Below are positions 59,826-64,000 of a stretch of DNA of 64,000 nucleotides, piece after piece; the first letter of the stretch is position 1; the number at the start of each line of letters is the position of its first letter. The stretch covers positions 187 to 64,186 of the forward strand of contig DBKQ01000005.1 of the NCBI GenBank assembly GCA_002298545.1. Direction: 5' to 3'. The notes under the pieces were generated by a model that searched no databases, was not told where the DNA came from, and worked only from the letters and a program-made list of their open reading frames with translations. Source of the DNA: Prevotella sp. UBA746 (GTDB taxonomy: Bacteria > Bacteroidota > Bacteroidia > Bacteroidales > Bacteroidaceae). A program made the translations under genes and the position numbers.

Positions 59826-61418
59826 TTACTTTTTCTTGTTGTGGCGGCGAGCCGTCTGTATGCATTCGCGGCGTGGGATAACCACGCTCACTCCGGTGTA
59901 TCTAATCTCTTGGCGTATCACGTCTTCCATCTCCTTCATGTTCTGCGGCAGCGGAACGACCACCCTTACATGTTCCGGCTCCACGCCGATGCCGCGACAG
60001 ATGCTCTCTATCCTGCCCGTTCCGGCAGAGTCCTGTCCGCCGGTCATTCCCGTGGTGAGGTTGTCGGAGATTACCACCACTATATTCGACTTCTCGTTTA
60101 CGGCATCGAGCAGTCCTGTCATTCCGGAATGAGTGAATGTGGAGTCGCCGATAACGGCAACCGACGGATACTGTCCGGCATCTGCCGCCCCCTTTGCCAT
60201 CGTTATCGAGGCTCCCATGTCTACCACGGAGTGCAGTGCCTGGTATGGCGGAAGGAATCCGAGGGTGTAGCATCCGATGTCGCCGAACACACGGCTGTTG
60301 TTGTATTCCCGCAACACGTTGTTGAGCGCCTCATACATAAAGCGGTGGCCACAGCCCTGACACAATGCCGGCGGACGCGGCACTACGAGTTCGCTTGCCG
60401 GGAACACCTCTTCGTCTTTCAGTCCGAGGGCAGAAATGATATTGTCTGGCGTGAGCTCTCCCGTGCGCGGCACGTCGCCCGACAGTCTGCCTTTTATCTC
60501 TATATTCTGCTCCAGCACTCCGCGCAGCATCTCTTCCACCACGGGCTGTCCGTCTTCAAGCACGAGCAAGGCGTCGCACTCCCGGGCAAGCTGTCTTATC
60601 ATCTTTACCGGCAGCGGATACTGCGACACTTTGAGCACCGTATACGGGCATCCGTCTTTGAAATGCTCCATCAGATAGTTGTAGGCTATTCCGCATGCTA
60701 TGATGCCGAGCGACTTGTCCGTGCCGTCAATGAGTCTGTTGTATTTCGAGTTTTCCGCCTCTTCCCTGAAGTCCTTCTGCATCCCCGTCAGGCGCACGTT
60801 GCGCTTGCGTGCCACAGCCGGCAGCAACACCCAGTCTTTCGGGTTCGAGGGATACGACATGGGGTTCTGTGCCCTTACCTCTGCCGTCTCGACCACGGCG
60901 CGCGAGTGTGCCATTCTCGTAACCATCCTCAACACCACGGGCACCTTGTATCGCTCCGACAAGTCGAAGGCGTCTTTCATCATGCCGTAGACTTCCTGTT
61001 GCGACGAGGGTTCAAACACGGGCACCATGGCAAACTTGCCGTAAAACCTCGAGTCTTGCTCGTTCTGCGAGGAGTGCATCGAGGGGTCGTCGGCAGCCAC
61101 CACCACGAGTCCGCCGTTTGTTCCCGTCATTGCCGAATTCACGAAAGCGTCGGCACACACGTTCATTCCCACATGTTTCATGCAGACCATGGCGCGCTTT
61201 CCCATATACGACATTCCGAGTGCTTCCTCCATTGCCGTTTTCTCGTTTGCCGACCACCGGCAGTGGATTCTCCTCTCTGCAGCCAGCGGGTTGCCTTGAA
61301 TATACTCTGTTATTTCTGTGGATGGAGTTCCGGGGTAAGCGTATACTCCCGAAAGTCCTGCGTGAATGGCTCCCAGGGCTATAGCCTCGTCGCCAAGTAG
61401 CAATAGTTTTTCATCCAT
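59826..61418 (-). CDS. iorA: Indolepyruvate:ferredoxin oxidoreductase alpha subunit
   Basis: YPGTPSTEI, NEKTA, MKHVGMNV, HSSQNEQD, RPPALCQGC, DIGCY and GDSTF motifs. Confidence 0.92.
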   Translation of the reverse strand: MDEKLLLLGDEAIALGAIHAGLSGVYAYPGTPSTEITEYIQGNPLAAERRIHCRWSANEKTAMEEALGMSYMGKRAMVCMKHVGMNVCADAFVNSAMTGTNGGLVVVAADDPSMHSSQNEQDSRFYGKFAMVPVFEPSSQQEVYGMMKDAFDLSERYKVPVVLRMVTRMAHSRAVVETAEVRAQNPMSYPSNPKDWVLLPAVARKRNVRLTGMQKDFREEAENSKYNRLIDGTDKSLGIIACGIAYNYLMEHFKDGCPYTVLKVSQYPLPVKMIRQLARECDALLVLEDGQPVVEEMLRGVLEQNIEIKGRLSGDVPRTGELTPDNIISALGLKDEEVFPASELVVPRPPALCQGCGHRFMYEALNNVLREYNNSRVFGDIGCYTLGFLPPYQALHSVVDMGASITMAKGAADAGQYPSVAVIGDSTFTHSGMTGLLDAVNEKSNIVVVISDNLTTGMTGGQDSAGTGRIESICRGIGVEPEHVRVVVPLPQNMKEMEDVIRQEIRYTGVSVVIPRRECIQTARRHNKKK

Positions 61419-61575
61419 ATAGGTAAAGGTTTTAATTATGGTGCAAATATATATTTTTACTTGATGCAAAACAAATAAATAATTGTTTTTTATGCAAAAA
61501 AATTCAGCGAGAGAAAAACAAGCTTGTTTGTTTTCCCTAACGCGAGGATTTTAATCAACAAATGTCTTATCAACA

Positions 61576-61617
61576 AATGCGGATTACCTTTATATTTTAC
61601 AAAAGGTAACCCGCATT
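61576..61617 (-). terminator. Hairpin terminator downstream of the NCS2 permease
   Basis: AATGCGG-A-TTACCTTT / AAAGGTAA-C-CCGCATT stem. Confidence 0.6.
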
Positions 61618-61637
61618 ATTTGCTATAGCTGAAAGAC

Positions 61638-61737
61638 CTTTCAATCCTTCAATCTTTCAACGTTTCAATTTTTCAACGTTTTTAATTTTTCAATTTTTCA
61701 ACGTTTTTCAATCCTTCCATTTTTCAATCTTTCCATT
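61638..61737 (-). repeat. Degenerate octamer tandem repeat (TTGAAAGA)n on the minus strand
   Basis: TCTTTCAA/TTTTTCAA/CGTTTCAA units; same family as 48504-48593, 59201-59245 and 63055-63085. Confidence 0.8.
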
Positions 61738-63036
61738 TTAAATAAATATGTATTTCAGCACGAAGAGTACGGAAAGTACATAGAGCGTAGGGTTGAGGTT
61801 CTGCCATTTCTGACACAACACGTTTATCACGACGTAGGAGATGATGCCCGTGAGGATTCCGTCGGAGATGCTGTAGGTCAGCGGCATCATTACGATGGTG
61901 ATGAACGCCGGGATGGACTCGGCATAGTCGTTGAGGTTGATATCCTTAATGGGCGACATCATGAAGAGACCTACGATAAGCAATACGGGTGTTGTGGCGG
62001 CTGCCGGAATGGAAAGGAAGACGGGGGCAAAGAAGAGCGCCACGATGAAGCATACGGCTGTGGAGAATGCCGTCAAACCGGTGCGTCCGCCCTGTGCCAC
62101 TCCCGATGCACTCTCCACGTAGGTCGTTGTGGTGCTCGCTCCGAGGCATGCTCCGGCCATCGTTGCTATGGCGTCTGCCATGAAAGCCTTGTTGAGACCG
62201 GGAATCCTACCGTCGGGGCGCATCATGCCAGCCTTGGTGCATACGCCCACGAGTGTGCCCATGGTGTCGAACATGTCGATGAAGAGGAAGGTGAACACAA
62301 CTATTGCCATGTCGATGGTGAAGATGTTGTGGAACTCAAACTTAAAGAATATCGGTTCTATCGACGGTGGAGTGTCCACGATGCCGTTGAATGTTGTTAT
62401 GCCCATCGGGATGCCTATCAGGGCGGTGCCGAGGATTCCGAGGAGCAATGCTCCCGGCACGCGACGGATGAGCAATACCGAGGTGAGAACTATTCCTATC
62501 ACCCCGAGGAGCGGAGAGCCATGGGTAAGATGTCCCACTGATACCAGAGTGGCAGAGTTGTCAACGATGATACCCGCATTCTTCAGTCCGATAAAAGCAA
62601 TATACACACCGATGCCGCAGCTTATGGCCCTTTTTATCGATGCCGGAATGGCGTCCACGATAAGCGTGCGCACCTTGGTAAGCGTAAGGATAACGAAAAT
62701 AAATCCCTCGATGAGGATTGCCGTGAGTGCAAACTGCCAGGTGTAGCCCATGGTGAGGCATACGGTGAACACGAAGAAGGCGTTGAGTCCCATTCCGGGA
62801 GCCAGTCCGAAGGGTTTCTTGGCATATATCGCCATTGCGAGTGTTCCCACTATTGCCGCAAGAGCCGTGGATGTGAACACGGCACTCGTGTCCATGCCTT
62901 TCGATGCGAGGTTAGAGAAGATGTTCGGGTTTATGGCAAGGATGTAAGCCATAGTAAGAAACGTGGTGATACCTGCCAGCACCTCCGTTTTCACGCTATG
63001 CTTCGAAGGGTCGAAGCCAAAAAGTTTTTCCAGCAT
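61738..63036 (-). CDS. NCS2 (AzgA-like) purine permease
   Basis: TEVLAGITTFLTMAYI, APGMGLNAFF, YVESASGV and GGRTGLT motifs. Confidence 0.93.
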   Translation of the reverse strand: MLEKLFGFDPSKHSVKTEVLAGITTFLTMAYILAINPNIFSNLASKGMDTSAVFTSTALAAIVGTLAMAIYAKKPFGLAPGMGLNAFFVFTVCLTMGYTWQFALTAILIEGFIFVILTLTKVRTLIVDAIPASIKRAISCGIGVYIAFIGLKNAGIIVDNSATLVSVGHLTHGSPLLGVIGIVLTSVLLIRRVPGALLLGILGTALIGIPMGITTFNGIVDTPPSIEPIFFKFEFHNIFTIDMAIVVFTFLFIDMFDTMGTLVGVCTKAGMMRPDGRIPGLNKAFMADAIATMAGACLGASTTTTYVESASGVAQGGRTGLTAFSTAVCFIVALFFAPVFLSIPAAATTPVLLIVGLFMMSPIKDINLNDYAESIPAFITIVMMPLTYSISDGILTGIISYVVINVLCQKWQNLNPTLYVLSVLFVLKYIFI

Positions 63037-63083
63037 AATCGTTTTTCTTTTATTTTTTTTCAATTTTTCAATCTTTCAATCTT

Positions 63084-63830
63084 TCAGAACTCCCATTTCA
63101 TTCCCAGGCATGGTCGGCATTTAAATCCGCCCGTAGAGCCGAAGTTGTTGCTCAGTTCCACCTCGCCTCCAAGACTAAGGTTTGGGCATCCGAAATGCTG
63201 CCCCACACAGTACCAGAGCTGCGGTTCGGTAGTAAACACGGTATGCTTGGTGTCCGAGGAGCCGTCTTCTTGATAGTCCACGCTGTGGGTCTCCCACCAG
63301 AAGTCGGCAAAGCCGTCGAACTTCAGTCCCTTGACCCCGAAGATATCATTGCAGGTCCAAACGGCAGTAAGCTGCATCGGCAGGTTCTGGTCAGTCTTTC
63401 TTATCGTCTTGTAGAGAGCCTCGAGTGTGAGGGTGTTACGAAACGACTTGTCGTGGATGAGGTATTCCACACCGAAGAGCCATGCGTTGTTGATAGGATA
63501 ATTCTTCGTTATTCCGCCGTTATATTCGGCATGCAGACTCCAGTTTTTCATTTTTGAGTTCTGCCAGAAGTTCAGGGCGCGCGAAATCTCGGTGTATGTG
63601 CCGCCCTGGGCGATGTTCTTGCTTCCCACAACCATCTTGTCGTAGTTGAAGTCGTGGTCAACGAAGAAGTAGGTACTACCCCACTTGTCTTGTTTGAACA
63701 TTTCGAGAGTAAGCGTTACGAACTTTCTGTCGCTGCCGAAGTCATACAGCACCTGCGCATTTACCTGCGCCTTGACGCTCGCCGTGCATAGTGTCAATGC
63801 AGAGAGCAGGAGGATTAAAATTTTTTTCAT
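63084..63830 (-). CDS. DUF5020 / Tsx-like outer-membrane channel
   Basis: Signal peptide, QVLYDFG, TLEMFKQDKWGSTYFFVD, GFADFW, EPQLW and EVELSNNF motifs; adjacent to the purine permease. Confidence 0.8.
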   Translation of the reverse strand: MKKILILLLSALTLCTASVKAQVNAQVLYDFGSDRKFVTLTLEMFKQDKWGSTYFFVDHDFNYDKMVVGSKNIAQGGTYTEISRALNFWQNSKMKNWSLHAEYNGGITKNYPINNAWLFGVEYLIHDKSFRNTLTLEALYKTIRKTDQNLPMQLTAVWTCNDIFGVKGLKFDGFADFWWETHSVDYQEDGSSDTKHTVFTTEPQLWYCVGQHFGCPNLSLGGEVELSNNFGSTGGFKCRPCLGMKWEF

Positions 63831-64000
63831 TTCTCTTATCTTTTCTTTTACCATCTAATCAAATCAATATATTCAAGTTTCGGATTTATAATCTTCCCCT
63901 CCGGGGGCGGAGCAGTTACCTTTAGGTGTCATAAATTTACATATTTGTCATTACTAAATCTGTATCATTACTAATTTTACCAGTAAACATTTAAGCTTTT

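Noticed and set aside
59841..61400. 519-aa plus-strand ORF
   Set aside because: Antisense shadow of GC-rich iorA, no recognisable domain.
63855..64000. Purine riboswitch upstream of the purine uptake genes
   Set aside because: No purine-aptamer consensus is visible, and the leader may extend beyond the window.

Overview
Bacteroidales (Prevotella-like) chromosomal segment, inferred from TAnnTTTG promoter motifs, SusC/SusD genes and T9SS-type C-terminal domains. The core genes are pepT (partial), tRNA-Arg(CCG), ppk1-ppx, LptD-like, alaS, rel/spoT, mltD, parAB, surE, lpxB, a cyclophilin, Fur, cadA, hrpB, iorAB with an aminotransferase and CoA transferase, and an NCS2 permease. These are interrupted by AT-rich accessory blocks: (1) a frameshifted glycine-zipper lipoprotein / DUF3244 / TPR-HTH / small secreted peptide / GLPGLI / beta-barrel locus with a duplicated ~81-bp promoter-leader; (2) an ECF-sigma cell-surface-signalling island in which two promoters share TAAGGGT-N15-CGTC; (3) two convergent AAA-ATPase/PD-(D/E)XK paralogs, one internally deleted; (4) a SusC/SusD locus near a pectinesterase. 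The most striking pattern is that three small two-gene cassettes (HigBA, HATPase+STAS-like, MNT-HEPN) each lie between 31-53 bp direct repeats of neighbouring host sequence, with no integrase or transposase in the window. The intergenic DNA also holds a 316-bp MITE with a 9-bp TSD and internal cruciform, a GTAG REP doublet, a CCCTCAC palindromic repeat family, att-like scars at the tRNA and sense-strand-biased short tandem repeats. No CRISPR array or rRNA was seen. All calls are by eye, without database searches.
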